A program made the translations under genes and the position numbers. Positions 10,255 through 20,730 of a stretch of DNA of 36,266 nucleotides are shown here, one piece after another. Under the pieces are notes generated by a model. That model searched no databases, was not told where the DNA came from, and saw nothing but the letters and a program-made list of their open reading frames with translations. This DNA comes from Pseudomonadota bacterium (GTDB lineage: Bacteria; Pseudomonadota; Alphaproteobacteria; Sphingomonadales; Sphingomonadaceae), in contig JBEEIJ010000142.1 in NCBI GenBank assembly GCA_041169905.1, positions 1 through 36,266 on the forward strand, read 5' to 3'. Position 1 is the stretch's first letter; each line of letters begins with the position of its first letter.

Positions 10255-11577
10255 GTGACGCAGGATACAGCCAAAGCAAGCCGTCCAATGGGTTTTTGGA
10301 TGGCACTTGCGCTCGTCATGGGCAGCATGATTGGGTCAGGCGTGTTCCTGTTGCCCGCGAGCCTTGCGCCGTTGGGATGGAATTCCGTTATTGGATGGTT
10401 GATTACCGTAGCTGGCGCATTGTGCGTGGCAGCGGTATTTGGCGCGTTGAGCAAGGCCTTGCCAAAGGCCGGTGGGCCATATGCCTACACCCGCGCAGCC
10501 TTCGGCGATGGCGCGGGCTTCGCGATTGCATGGGCCTATTGGATATCGATGTGGGTTGGCAACGCCGCCATCGCCACCGCTGCGGTAAGCTATTTGAGCC
10601 AGTTGTTTCCGGTTGTCGGAGCGCATGGCATTTCGTCGGCAGTGACCATCGCGATTATTTGGGCATTTACGCTCATCAACATTCGCGGAACCAAGCTTGC
10701 CGGGCAAGTTCAGATCGTCTGGACAATTGCAAAGCTGCTGCCTCTGGTCGCGGTGATCGGGCTTGCCGCCTATGTCCTTGCGACCCAAGGCACCGCGCTT
10801 GTGCGGCCATTTGTTGCGGCTGACATTTCGGCGACCAGCATTTCTAGCGCCACCATATTGACCTTATGGGCCATGCTTGGGCTTGAACTGGCAACCGTGC
10901 CTGCCGACAAGGTGCAGGACCCCGGCCGCATCATCAACCGCGCGACGCTTTTTGGAACGGCCGGTGCTGGCGTCATTTATATCCTCGTCTGCTCCGCCGT
11001 GGTCCTCATGCTGCCGGTCGCCATCACCAGCGTATCGGCGGCGCCATTTGCGGACTTTGTAAATGTATATGCGGGCACCAATGCCGGCACCGCTATCGCC
11101 GCAGTCGGCGCGATCAGCGCGCTTGGCGCGTTGAACGGTTGGATCATGTGTCAGGCCGAGATGCCCGCCGCTTTGGCGCGCGACGGCCTGTTCCCGGCAT
11201 TCATGGGAAAAGAAAGCGCCAATGGCACGCCGCGCAACGCACATCTTTTTACATCGACGCTTTTGACGCTGGTCATCCTGATGAACAGCAGCCGGTCGAT
11301 GTCCGCGATGTTCGAATTTCTCATCTTGCTCACCACCGCCATTGTTCTGGTGATGTATTTCGGATGCGCTGCCGCTGCGTTCCGTTTGATGACCAAAGGG
11401 CAGTTGCCGGTCACAGCAGGTTTCAAGGTGATATTGTTGCTCGCAGCGCTCTATTCCTGCTGGACGATCTATGGCGCTGGGGCCGAAGCCTTAATCTGGG
11501 GCGTTGTTTTATTGTTGGCCGGGTTCCCGGTTTTCTGGCTGTTGAAGCTTGCAAGGGGTTCCAAACCCACAAGCTGA
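10255..11577 (+). CDS. APC-family amino acid/polyamine permease
   Basis: GSMIGSGVFLLPASLA, GGPYAY, GLE.A.VPA..V.DP; about 12 hydrophobic segments. Confidence 0.9.
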   Translation: MTQDTAKASRPMGFWMALALVMGSMIGSGVFLLPASLAPLGWNSVIGWLITVAGALCVAAVFGALSKALPKAGGPYAYTRAAFGDGAGFAIAWAYWISMWVGNAAIATAAVSYLSQLFPVVGAHGISSAVTIAIIWAFTLINIRGTKLAGQVQIVWTIAKLLPLVAVIGLAAYVLATQGTALVRPFVAADISATSISSATILTLWAMLGLELATVPADKVQDPGRIINRATLFGTAGAGVIYILVCSAVVLMLPVAITSVSAAPFADFVNVYAGTNAGTAIAAVGAISALGALNGWIMCQAEMPAALARDGLFPAFMGKESANGTPRNAHLFTSTLLTLVILMNSSRSMSAMFEFLILLTTAIVLVMYFGCAAAAFRLMTKGQLPVTAGFKVILLLAALYSCWTIYGAGAEALIWGVVLLLAGFPVFWLLKLARGSKPTS

Positions 11578-11616
11578 CGCCTACATACACAGAACAAGAA
11601 ATTTGCGGGACATTCG

Positions 11617-13044
11617 ATGAGCTACACTTCCGATTTGGGCCTTTATATTGATGGCAGCTGGCGCAAGGGCGAAGGCCGCGATTGTCACGCCGTTATAAAT
11701 CCGGCCACTGGCGAAACGCTCGCTGAGCTGCCTTTGGCGACCGCGGCAGACCTCGATGAAGCGCTTGCCGCGACCGCAAAAGGTTTTGCATATTGGCGCG
11801 GCGTCGATGTAAATGCCCGCGCCGCGATTTTGCATAAGGTTGCCGATCTTATCCGTGAGCGCGCAGAAGGCATCGCCGTTCTGCTCACGACCGAACAGGG
11901 CAAACCACTCGCCGAAGCGCGGACCGAGGTTCTGTCCTGCGCCGCGCAGTTTGATTATTTCGCTGAAGAGGCCAAGCGCAGCTATGGCCGCGTTCTCGTC
12001 CGACCAACAGGACAGCGCGCAATTGTGCTGAAACAGCCCGTTGGACCCGTTGCCGCATTTTCACCGTGGAATTTCCCGGTCAATTTGATGTGCAAGAAAA
12101 TGGCGGCAGCGCTCGCTGCGGGCTGTTCGATCATCGCCAAGCCACCGGAAGAAACGCCCGCAAGCACAAGCGGCATCATGCAGTGCGTCATCGACGGCGG
12201 CGTTCCGGGCAATGTTGCCCAGCTGATTTATGGCGTTCCCGATATGGTGAGCCGTCACCTGATCGCATCACCCATCATCCGCAAGGTTAGCTTCACAGGG
12301 TCCGTTCCCGTGGGCAAACATTTGCTGAAACTTGCGGCGGACGGCGTTAAGCGCACCACCATGGAGTTGGGTGGCCATGCGCCTGTGCTCATTTTCGATG
12401 ATTGCGACCTTGAAAAGGCCATCACTTTGTCGGCGACCACCAAGTTCCGGAATGCCGGACAAGTGTGCATTTCTCCGACGCGTTTCTATGTGCAGGAAGG
12501 CGTCTACGACCGCTTCGTTGCTGGCTTTGCCGCGCATACCCGCCAAGTTCAGGTCGGCAATGGATTGGACGCTGGTACCGTCATGGGGCCATTGGCCAAT
12601 GCGCGGCGGCCCTCGGCCATCGCCGCCCTCGTGGAGGATGCAACCGCGAAAGGCGCGAAGCTTTTGGCCGGTGGCACACGCGGGGAACAGGGCTATTTCT
12701 TTCAGCCCACAGTGCTCGCGGACGTCCCCATGTCGGCCGACGTCATGGACAATGAACCATTTGGCCCCGTTGCATTGATGCGGCCATTCAAGACGTTGGA
12801 CGAAGCCATTGCACAGGCAAACCGCCTGCCCTTTGGCCTTGCGGCCTATGCCTTCACCGAAAACGCGCGGCAGGCGAACCTTGTCGCCGATGCGTTGGAT
12901 ACCGGCATGGTTGGCCTGAACAGCTTTGTGATTTCCATGCCTGACGCGCCCTTTGGCGGGGTTAAGGAATCCGGCTTTGGCAGTGAAGGCGGCCCCGAAG
13001 GTCTCGACAGCTATTATGTAACCAAAGCGGTCCATCAATATTGA
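11617..13044 (+). CDS. NAD(P)-dependent aldehyde dehydrogenase, succinate-semialdehyde dehydrogenase-like
   Basis: PWNFP, FTGS, MELGGHAP, FRNAGQVC, EPFGP, PFGGVKESG. Confidence 0.9.
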   Translation: MSYTSDLGLYIDGSWRKGEGRDCHAVINPATGETLAELPLATAADLDEALAATAKGFAYWRGVDVNARAAILHKVADLIRERAEGIAVLLTTEQGKPLAEARTEVLSCAAQFDYFAEEAKRSYGRVLVRPTGQRAIVLKQPVGPVAAFSPWNFPVNLMCKKMAAALAAGCSIIAKPPEETPASTSGIMQCVIDGGVPGNVAQLIYGVPDMVSRHLIASPIIRKVSFTGSVPVGKHLLKLAADGVKRTTMELGGHAPVLIFDDCDLEKAITLSATTKFRNAGQVCISPTRFYVQEGVYDRFVAGFAAHTRQVQVGNGLDAGTVMGPLANARRPSAIAALVEDATAKGAKLLAGGTRGEQGYFFQPTVLADVPMSADVMDNEPFGPVALMRPFKTLDEAIAQANRLPFGLAAYAFTENARQANLVADALDTGMVGLNSFVISMPDAPFGGVKESGFGSEGGPEGLDSYYVTKAVHQY

Positions 13045-13397
13045 TACAGCGGCAGCTCTGGCTGATTGGCGGGCTGTGCGCTGTGGCACTAGGCACCGTT
13101 GGTATCGCTCTGCCGTTGCTGCCGACCGTACCCTTTATGATATTGGCGGCGTTTTGCTTTGCGCGCAGCAGCCCGGCGCTTGAAGCCCGCTTGATGAACC
13201 ATCCCGCCTTTGGGCATCATATTGTTGCTTGGCGCGAAAAAGGGGTGGTGAGCAGACGCGGCAAATGGTCGGCAACCGTCGCCTTTGGCATCAGCATAGC
13301 GATTGGATTAATCACGTTGGCATTGCCTTGGTCGTTAATACCACTTGGCGTTGCAATATTGTGTCTTGGTTGGATTTGGCGACAGCCCGAAGCCTAG
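13041..13397 (+). CDS. YbaN/DUF454 family membrane protein
   Basis: LG.VGI.LPLLPTVPF.ILAAFCFARSSP...L..HP.FG; TTG start overlaps the upstream stop. Confidence 0.85.
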   Translation: MIQRQLWLIGGLCAVALGTVGIALPLLPTVPFMILAAFCFARSSPALEARLMNHPAFGHHIVAWREKGVVSRRGKWSATVAFGISIAIGLITLALPWSLIPLGVAILCLGWIWRQPEA

Positions 13398-13410
13398 GGT
13401 CCTGACCCTA
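13395..13410. repeat. 16-bp TA-flanked palindrome joining two convergent stop codons
   Basis: TAGGGTC-CT-GACCCTA; its ends are the TAG stops of the YbaN-family gene and crtZ. Confidence 0.6.
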
Positions 13411-13923
13411 AATCGCCGCGTCGCGCACGATCGCGATCCCGGCCTCACGTTGTTTTTTGAGATCCGCCTTCAACTTGGCAGGATCACGCGCGAACACGAA
13501 ACCAAAGCTGACGCCGCCTTCTTTTCCGATGGTGGCGTGGTGCAATTTATGCGCCTGAACCAGCCGCTTGGCATAACCACTGCGCGGCACATATTTAAAG
13601 TAACGCTGATGCACGAGGCCATCATGCACCACGGTGTAGATGATGCCGTAAAACAGCACGCCAAGGCCAATCCAGGTCGCAGGCTCCCAAGCTCTTTCAC
13701 CAAGCAACAAAGGGCTGCCAATCGCAAAGAAGGAGATGCTCGTAACCGCGCCGACAATCCCATAAAGATCGTTCTTTTCCAGCGCGTTGTCATGTGGTTC
13801 GTGATGGTCACGGTGCCAGCCCCAGCCCCAACCGTGCATGATATATTTATGGCTCGACCACGCCACCCATTCCATGACGAAGACGGTGCCAAGCACGATG
13901 AGGATGATGCTGATAACGCTCAT
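13408..13923 (-). CDS. crtZ: Beta-carotene 3-hydroxylase
   Basis: HKYIMHGWGWGWHRDHH, EKNDLY, VHDGLVHQR, AHKLHHA, GVSFGF; start placed at MSVISI. Confidence 0.93.
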   Translation of the reverse strand: MSVISIILIVLGTVFVMEWVAWSSHKYIMHGWGWGWHRDHHEPHDNALEKNDLYGIVGAVTSISFFAIGSPLLLGERAWEPATWIGLGVLFYGIIYTVVHDGLVHQRYFKYVPRSGYAKRLVQAHKLHHATIGKEGGVSFGFVFARDPAKLKADLKKQREAGIAIVRDAAI

Positions 13924-14017
13924 GTTGTTCCCATTAGACGCAAATGGCGCAAGATTGAAGTGCAACGATTGTCACCTCACTTGATTTCGTTGCAATCAGT
14001 TCTATGGCATTTTTATT

Positions 14018-15448
14018 ATGTCCACACCGCAAACACTGTACGAAAAAATCTGGAACGCCCATGTCGTCGAACAACGCGACGATGGTACGTGCCTGATCTT
14101 CATTGACCGCCACCTTGTGCATGAAGTGACAAGTCCGCAGGCTTTTGAAGGCCTAAGGGCGACAGGGCGCCATGTCCGTCGGCCCGATTTGACATTGGCT
14201 GTGCCGGACCACAACCTGCCCACCACCGCGCGTCTGGACAGCCACGGACAACCGATCCCGATTGCAGACCCGGAAAGCGCCCAGCAATTGGAAGCGCTGG
14301 AGCGAAACGCGCCGGAGTTCGGCATTAAGTATATTCATGCCTCCGATGCCAAGCAGGGTATCGTCCATGTTGTCGGGCCAGAGCAGGGTTTTTCCCTTCC
14401 CGGCACGACGATTGTATGCGGCGACAGCCACACCGCGTGCCATGGTGGCCTTGGCGCCTTGGCATTCGGCATCGGTACGTCTGAGGTCGAGCATGTTCTG
14501 GCGACGCAGACGCTCCAACTGACGCGTTCAAAGTCCATGGAAGTTCGCGTCGAGGGTGAATTGCGCGCAGGCGTGTCCGCCAAGGACGTCGTGCTGCACA
14601 TCACCGGCGTGCTTGGTGCCGCCGGCGGCAGCGGCCATGTGATCGAATATACCGGATCCGTCATACGTGCGCTTAGCGTCGAGGGGCGGCTGACCATTTC
14701 CAACATGGCCATTGAACATGGCGCGCGTGCGGGCCTCGTGGCACCCGACGATACTACTTTTGCGTATATCAAGGGCCGGCCTATGGCGCCTTCAGGCGCA
14801 AATTGGGACGCAGCGGTTGCCTATTGGCGCACACTCGCAACCGATCCGGGTGCAACTTATGACAAGGTCGTATCGATTGATGCCGCCGATATCGCACCCA
14901 GCGTCACATGGGGCACCAGCCCCGAAGATGTGTTGCCAATTACAGGCATCGTGCCAGACCCGTCCAGCTTTGCCGATCCGTCCAAGCAGGAAGCCGCGCG
15001 CAAATCGCTGGATTATATGGGGCTGACACCCGGCACACGGATGACCGATATCGAAGTGCAGAATATCTTCATCGGCAGCTGCACCAACAGCCGCATCGAA
15101 GATCTGCGCGCCGCCGCTGAAATCTTAAAAGGCCGCAGAAAGGCGGCGAACGTGAAATGGGCGATTGTCGTGCCCGGCAGTGGCCTTGTGAAGCAACAAG
15201 CCGAGGACGAGGGTCTAGACCAGATATTTACCGACGCCGGGTTTGAATGGCGCGAGCCGGGCTGTTCGGCATGTTTGGGGATGAACCCCGACAAGGTGCC
15301 CGCCGGCGAACGCTGCGCATCGACCAGCAACCGGAATTTCGTCGGCCGCCAAGGCCCAGGCGCGCGTACCCATCTGGTGAGCCCGGCAATGGCCGCAGCT
15401 GCTGCTGTGACGGGCAAGCTCACCGACGTCCGTGCGTTCGCCAATTAA
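14018..15448 (+). CDS. leuC: 3-isopropylmalate dehydratase large subunit
   Basis: [49 protein letters not shown]. Confidence 0.97.
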   Translation: MSTPQTLYEKIWNAHVVEQRDDGTCLIFIDRHLVHEVTSPQAFEGLRATGRHVRRPDLTLAVPDHNLPTTARLDSHGQPIPIADPESAQQLEALERNAPEFGIKYIHASDAKQGIVHVVGPEQGFSLPGTTIVCGDSHTACHGGLGALAFGIGTSEVEHVLATQTLQLTRSKSMEVRVEGELRAGVSAKDVVLHITGVLGAAGGSGHVIEYTGSVIRALSVEGRLTISNMAIEHGARAGLVAPDDTTFAYIKGRPMAPSGANWDAAVAYWRTLATDPGATYDKVVSIDAADIAPSVTWGTSPEDVLPITGIVPDPSSFADPSKQEAARKSLDYMGLTPGTRMTDIEVQNIFIGSCTNSRIEDLRAAAEILKGRRKAANVKWAIVVPGSGLVKQQAEDEGLDQIFTDAGFEWREPGCSACLGMNPDKVPAGERCASTSNRNFVGRQGPGARTHLVSPAMAAAAAVTGKLTDVRAFAN

Positions 15449-15558
15449 GGGTAACGCACGCGCGGCACCGCTGGCTTATGCGGCGGTGCCAGTGAAGCTA
15501 TTCCCTTTACTTGTCACAAATGCCGAAGCTAAAGCAGTTGGCATCAAGGAAGAGGCTT

Positions 15559-15765
15559 ATGACCAATAAAAAATCCGACAATGGCGACACATGGTCGACA
15601 ACAGCAAAGGTTGGCGCTGCAGTGGGTTCGGCGGCACTGATGGCGGCGTTGATTTACGCAGGACGCCGCAGCCTGACCCAGAAAAAGGGAAAGCTGGAAC
15701 CAATGTCGCCTGAGCCCGAAGTTGCGCCGATGACGCACAATCAGCCCAAGACAGATACGGACTAA
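15559..15765 (+). CDS. Small hypothetical protein with one hydrophobic helix, between leuC and leuD
   Basis: AAGAGG RBS before ATG; 68 aa with [20 protein letters not shown]; ends 4 nt before leuD. Confidence 0.65.
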   Translation: MTNKKSDNGDTWSTTAKVGAAVGSAALMAALIYAGRRSLTQKKGKLEPMSPEPEVAPMTHNQPKTDTD

Positions 15766-15769
15766 AATT

Positions 15770-16363
15770 ATGAAAGCGATAAGCCGTGTTGAGGGCCGGG
15801 CCTATCCCGTCGGTTTGAAGAATATCGACACCGATGTGATCATCCCCGCGGTGTGGCTGAAAACCATTAGCCGCGCTGGATTGGGCAAGGGTGCGTTCGA
15901 AAGCTTGCGCGCGGTTCCGGGCAATGTGTTTGATGATCCCGAATATGCCGGTGCGCCGATATTGATCGCTGGCGACAATTTCGGTTGCGGATCGAGCCGC
16001 GAACATGCGGCATGGGCGATGGCCGATTTGGGCATATCCGCGGTGATTGCGCCAAGCTTTTCCGACATATTTTCGGGCAATGCCTTCAAGAACGGCTTGC
16101 TCGCCATTGTTCTGCCGCAGGCTGCGATTGACCGGTTGATGGAAGTCGCGCGGACCGATGAGATTCACATCGATCTGGAAACGCAAACTGTCACCACCCC
16201 GTTTCAGGACCGGTTCGAATTTGAAATCGACCCATTCCGTAAACATTGCCTGATCAACGGTGTAGACGAAATCGGCCTGACGCTGAAAAGCAGCGACGCG
16301 ATTTCGGTGTACGAAGCCAAATTATCTGCGGACCGGCCCTGGCTGGCGCCAAACCCCGTTTAG
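15770..16363 (+). CDS. leuD: 3-isopropylmalate dehydratase small subunit
   Basis: [38 protein letters not shown]. Confidence 0.96.
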   Translation: MKAISRVEGRAYPVGLKNIDTDVIIPAVWLKTISRAGLGKGAFESLRAVPGNVFDDPEYAGAPILIAGDNFGCGSSREHAAWAMADLGISAVIAPSFSDIFSGNAFKNGLLAIVLPQAAIDRLMEVARTDEIHIDLETQTVTTPFQDRFEFEIDPFRKHCLINGVDEIGLTLKSSDAISVYEAKLSADRPWLAPNPV

Positions 16364-16372
16364 GAGAGAGAC

Positions 16373-17368
16373 ATGCGCGCTTTATTATCGACCGCAAGCG
16401 GCGGCCCAGAAACCCTTGTTATGGGCGAACTGCCTGAACCCACTGCCGGACCCGGTCAGGTTGTGGTCGCTGTAAAGGCCTGTTCAATCAATTTTCCCGA
16501 CACGCTGATGATTGTCGACCTTTATCAATTCAAACCGGAGCGTCCCTTTGCGCCGGGCGGCGAAATTGCGGGCACTGTCGAAGCGATTGGCGAAGGCGTT
16601 ACCGGCTTTGCCATTGGCGACCGCGTCATTGGCCTGTGCGGTAATGGTGGTCTGACAGAGAAAGTCGCGATCGCAGCGTTCAATTGCTTCAAAATGCCCG
16701 ACGCCATGTCCTTTGACGATGGCGCCGCTTTGTTGATGACCTATGGCACATCAATCCACGCGCTGAAGGATCGCGGCCATATGAAGTCGGGCGACAATGT
16801 CCTTGTGCTTGGCGGTGCAGGCGGCATCGGGATTTCGGCGATTGAACTGGCCAAGGCATTTGGCGGCCGTGTGGTCGCTGGTGTCTCCAGCGAGGCAAAG
16901 GCAGACATCGCACGCGAAGCAGGCGCTGACGAAGTGGTCGTGTACCCACACCAGCCGTTCGACAAGGACCAGTCCAAGGCTGTCGCCGAGCTGTTCAAAA
17001 CGGCGGCTGGCCGGGACGGATATAACATCATTTATGACACCGTGGGTGGCGACTATAGCGAACCCGCCGTCCGGTCGATTGCATGGGAAGGCAAGTTTCT
17101 CGTAGTTGGCTTTCCCGCCGGAATAGCGAAATTGCCCTTAAACCTCACATTGCTGAAAAGCTGTGACGTATGCGGCGTTTTCTGGGGGGCCTTTGCCGCA
17201 CGTACGCCGCAGAAAAATCATGCCAATATTGCAGAGCTGTTCGACCTATATGCAGCGGGCAAGATCAAGCCACGCATTTCGGAAACATTCGCGCTTGCGG
17301 ACGCCGGAACAGCAATAGCGCGCTTGGGCGACCGGGCCGCGGTTGGAAAGCTCGTCGTACGCATTTAA
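16373..17368 (+). CDS. NADPH:quinone oxidoreductase (MDR family)
   Basis: INFPD...YQFKP.RPF.PGGE, LGGAGGIG, VVGFPAG, GKLVV; AGGAG RBS. Confidence 0.9.
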   Translation: MRALLSTASGGPETLVMGELPEPTAGPGQVVVAVKACSINFPDTLMIVDLYQFKPERPFAPGGEIAGTVEAIGEGVTGFAIGDRVIGLCGNGGLTEKVAIAAFNCFKMPDAMSFDDGAALLMTYGTSIHALKDRGHMKSGDNVLVLGGAGGIGISAIELAKAFGGRVVAGVSSEAKADIAREAGADEVVVYPHQPFDKDQSKAVAELFKTAAGRDGYNIIYDTVGGDYSEPAVRSIAWEGKFLVVGFPAGIAKLPLNLTLLKSCDVCGVFWGAFAARTPQKNHANIAELFDLYAAGKIKPRISETFALADAGTAIARLGDRAAVGKLVVRI

Positions 17369-17432
17369 CAAGACCGGTCTTGTTGCGCGACGATGCAGGC
17401 ATTATCTTTGAACAACAGTAAAATGGAACGGC

Positions 17433-17759
17433 ATGATGACAACTTTCGACGATCGCGAAAAAGCCTTTGAAAACAAGTTTGCACATGATGCAGACCTGCA
17501 ATTCAAGATCACCGCCCGCCGCAACAAGCTGGTGGGTCAATGGGCGGCCGAAAAAATGGGCCTGACCCCTGAAGAAACCACGTCTTATGCGACATCGGTC
17601 GTGCAAGCGGACTTTGAAGAAGCGGGCGACGAAGACGTTATCCGTAAATTGCTTGGCGATTTGACATCAGCCGGTATCGACGTGGATGACGCGATGATCC
17701 GCGCTGCGCTCGAAGACAAAATGGTGGAAGCCCGCCGTCAATTTATCGAGCCTGCATAA
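17433..17759 (+). CDS. DUF1476 protein / F1Fo ATPase inhibitor zeta subunit
   Basis: TTFDDREKAFENKFAHD..L.FK..ARRNKL.G.WAA matches the alphaproteobacterial zeta N-terminus. Confidence 0.88.
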   Translation: MMTTFDDREKAFENKFAHDADLQFKITARRNKLVGQWAAEKMGLTPEETTSYATSVVQADFEEAGDEDVIRKLLGDLTSAGIDVDDAMIRAALEDKMVEARRQFIEPA

Positions 17760-17989
17760 TGGCCATGCACGCCCACGAAATTGAGGAAATGATTCAGGCG
17801 GCAATCCCCGATGCTTTTGTCGAAATCACTGACCTTGCGGGCGACGGCAACCATTATGCCGCGCGCGTCGTCAGCGAAAGCTTTCGCGGAATGCCGCGCG
17901 TAAAACAGCATAAGGCCGTGTATGACGCTTTGGGCGGACGCATGGGCGGTGTCTTGCATGCCCTTCAGCTGACTACAGCCATTCCCTGA
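17759..17989 (+). CDS. bolA: BolA family protein
   Basis: DLAGDGNHY, F.G..RVKQH..VY.AL, LHALQL.T. Confidence 0.92.
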   Translation: MAMHAHEIEEMIQAAIPDAFVEITDLAGDGNHYAARVVSESFRGMPRVKQHKAVYDALGGRMGGVLHALQLTTAIP

Positions 17990-18005
17990 TTATTGGAGTA
18001 TTAAA

Positions 18006-18332
18006 ATGAGCGTTAATGAACGGATCGATGAGATCGTCAAAGGCAATGATGTCGTCCTTTTCATGAAAGGTTCGCCATTGTTTCCGCAGTGCGGATTTTC
18101 CAGCAAGGCGATCGCCATTCTTGACCATCTGAATGTCGCGTATGAAAGCGTCGACGTCTTGCAGGATATGGAAATCCGTGCGGGCATCAAAGAATATAGC
18201 GATTGGCCAACCATCCCGCAGCTTTACGTCAAGGGCGAGTTCCTCGGTGGTTCGGACATCATGATGGAAATGTACGAAGCGGGCGAGCTGCAAGCAATTG
18301 TGGACGCAGAGGGTTTAGCTAAGGCTGGCTAA
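18006..18332 (+). CDS. grxD: Monothiol glutaredoxin Grx4
   Basis: LFMKG..FPQCGFS, WPTIPQLY, GGSDI. Confidence 0.95.
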   Translation: MSVNERIDEIVKGNDVVLFMKGSPLFPQCGFSSKAIAILDHLNVAYESVDVLQDMEIRAGIKEYSDWPTIPQLYVKGEFLGGSDIMMEMYEAGELQAIVDAEGLAKAG

Positions 18333-19592
18333 TCAGTCGGCGTCATTTACCACTGTCAGCCTTGGCTGCATGATGTGAATCCACAGCAACGCCAGTAAAT
18401 AGGCGCTTGCACAGATTGCGAACATCGGCGTGTAGCCAAGGCCTGCATCGAGCGACCAGCCAGCGAATTCAAGCATGGCCGCGCCGCTCAAATTACCGAC
18501 CAAAGCCCCAATTGCGATCACGCTGCCGACCTGACGGGCGGGAACAATATCCGCCGTCATGCCGAAAATATTGGTCGAAAAACCCTGATGCGCGAAAAGT
18601 GCCAGCCCGATGATCAGCGCCGCAATCCATTCATTTGGTGCTTGCAGGGCCAAGGGAATGGGCAAAATCAGCAAAGCGTAAAAGAGCATGGAGCTTTTGC
18701 GCGCTGCATTGGGTGTCATGCCCTTACCCAACAGGATCGGGAACAATATGCCGCTGGTCACAGCGCCAACCGCCGCCAGCGCATATACGATAGCCGTGGG
18801 CGCGCCGATTTCCGCCTGCCCCAGTCCAAATTGCCGCGCAAAGAAATCTGGCGCCCAAAATAATATGAACCACCATACAAGGTCCGTGAGCAGCTTTGCG
18901 CCGGCCACCGCCCATGTCCGCCGTTCCTTCAAAAGATCACGCCATGGCGGGCCTTTGTCTGCTGGATTGGCGATGGTTGGCGCAGCTGTACCCAATGGCT
19001 GAAGTTTGCTCGTGCCGAGCCACCAGAAAAGCAGCCAAACAAACCCAAGCGCGCCAGTAATAATAAACGCCTCGCGCCAGCCATAAGTGATGGCAATCCA
19101 TGGCACGGTCAGCGGCGCCAAAATCGCGCCTATATTGGACGCGCTGTTAATCACGCCGATACCGATGGATCGTTCCCGAATGGGCAAATATGTGGCGGCC
19201 GATTTCATCGCCGCCGGCGTGTTTACTGACTCTGCTACAGCAAGAGTGACGCGTGCTGCGACAAACTGCCCAACCGAACTGGCAAAAGCATGCCCCATGC
19301 CCGCCAAGCTCCATATCGCAACGGCCAAACCATAGCCCCAGCGCACACCGAACCGGTCAATAAACCAACCGACGCCAAGCAAAGCCACCGCTGTGGCAAT
19401 TTGAAATGCTGATCCGAAATGGCCAAATTCACGGTCGCTCCAGCCAAATTCAACCTGCAATGTGGGCTTGAGAAGAGCGAGAACCTGTCGGTCGAGATAA
19501 TTGAGCGCCGTACCGAAAAACAAAAGGGCAATGAGTCCGTAGCGGATATACCGTGCGGCATCGCCGGACTTTGCGATCTCGGTGTCGGCCAT
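18333..19592 (-). CDS. MFS transporter, ExuT/hexuronate-like (ACS family)
   Basis: LNYLDRQ, G.F.DRFG.R, LTD.VWWF..FW.P, AHQGFSTN; start placed at MADTEI behind GGAGAGGA. Confidence 0.85.
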   Translation of the reverse strand: MADTEIAKSGDAARYIRYGLIALLFFGTALNYLDRQVLALLKPTLQVEFGWSDREFGHFGSAFQIATAVALLGVGWFIDRFGVRWGYGLAVAIWSLAGMGHAFASSVGQFVAARVTLAVAESVNTPAAMKSAATYLPIRERSIGIGVINSASNIGAILAPLTVPWIAITYGWREAFIITGALGFVWLLFWWLGTSKLQPLGTAAPTIANPADKGPPWRDLLKERRTWAVAGAKLLTDLVWWFILFWAPDFFARQFGLGQAEIGAPTAIVYALAAVGAVTSGILFPILLGKGMTPNAARKSSMLFYALLILPIPLALQAPNEWIAALIIGLALFAHQGFSTNIFGMTADIVPARQVGSVIAIGALVGNLSGAAMLEFAGWSLDAGLGYTPMFAICASAYLLALLWIHIMQPRLTVVNDAD

Positions 19593-19656
19593 TGAATCCT
19601 CTCCCAAGTCCTGCTTTATGCTGGAACTTCTGATGCATCTGCCTATAGAAGGCCAT

Positions 19657-20730
19657 ATGACACCGCAAGACATAAACGCGAATTATATCGCTGACCTGTA
19701 TGGCGAGACATATCTTGCTGAGGACAATCCGGCGCCGCGCAAACGATTGATGATCGGCGCATTGTTCCCGGGTCTTGCTGTCGTTGGTATCGCGTCGGTC
19801 GCGGCGACTTGGTTCTCCGAACATTATGCCATGCCCGTCATATTGGCCGGGCTTTTGCTTGGTCTGGCGCTCAATTTTATATCGGCTGAACAAAAGGTCC
19901 ACCCGGGCCTCGATTTCTGCGGCACCACATGTTTGCGGTGGGGCATCGTTCTGTTGGGAACACAGGTGACCGTCATGCAGATTGGTGGATTGGGTGCACT
20001 CGCGTTTCTGGGGCTGGTGTGCATCATGGCGCTGGTGATGGGTGCGGGCCTATTCGGCGCGCGACTGGCTGGACAGAGCAATTATGCAGGCTGGCTTGCG
20101 GGCGGCGCGACAGCCATCTGTGGCGCGTCAGCGGCCTTGGCTATTTACGCCGTTATTGGCCGCGAGCGGCTGAACCAGAACCAATTCACGCTGACATTGG
20201 TGGGGGTCTCACTCGCCAGTGCTATCGCCATGTCCTTTTACCCCCTCATCGCGGCACAGCTTGCCTTTACGGATCGTCAGGCGGGTTTCCTGATGGGCGC
20301 AGCGATTCATGATGTCGCGCAGTCGCTGGGCGGTGGTTATAGTTTTTCCCAATCCGCCGGTGAAACGGCAACGATTGTAAAGCTGTCGCGCGTCGCCTTG
20401 CTGGCCCCCGCAGTGGCGCTCATCGGCCTTGCCATCGGTGCGGGTAATGGCCAATCGAAAAGCCTTGCCGCGAAGTTGAAACTGCCGTGGTTTATCATCG
20501 CGTTCTTCGCGGTGGTTGCCGTCAACTCGCTTGTCGACGCACCGAAATGGGTGGGCGAATATGGCCTGCTGGCATCGAAGGCGATGCTCTTGTTCGCCGT
20601 TACCGCAACCGCTATGCGGTCACGGCTTGATCTGTTACTCGGGCAAGGGTGGAAGGCGATGCTGCCCGTCATGCTCGCCACTTTGACCGCTTTCATTGCC
20701 GCGGCCACCTTTGCTTGGGGATTTTTATGA
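19657..20730 (+). CDS. YeiH/UPF0324 family membrane protein (putative sulfate exporter family)
   Basis: LRWGIVLLG, GATAICGASAALA, GAAIHDVAQ, KLSRVALL, PWF. Confidence 0.88.
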   Translation: MTPQDINANYIADLYGETYLAEDNPAPRKRLMIGALFPGLAVVGIASVAATWFSEHYAMPVILAGLLLGLALNFISAEQKVHPGLDFCGTTCLRWGIVLLGTQVTVMQIGGLGALAFLGLVCIMALVMGAGLFGARLAGQSNYAGWLAGGATAICGASAALAIYAVIGRERLNQNQFTLTLVGVSLASAIAMSFYPLIAAQLAFTDRQAGFLMGAAIHDVAQSLGGGYSFSQSAGETATIVKLSRVALLAPAVALIGLAIGAGNGQSKSLAAKLKLPWFIIAFFAVVAVNSLVDAPKWVGEYGLLASKAMLLFAVTATAMRSRLDLLLGQGWKAMLPVMLATLTAFIAAATFAWGFL

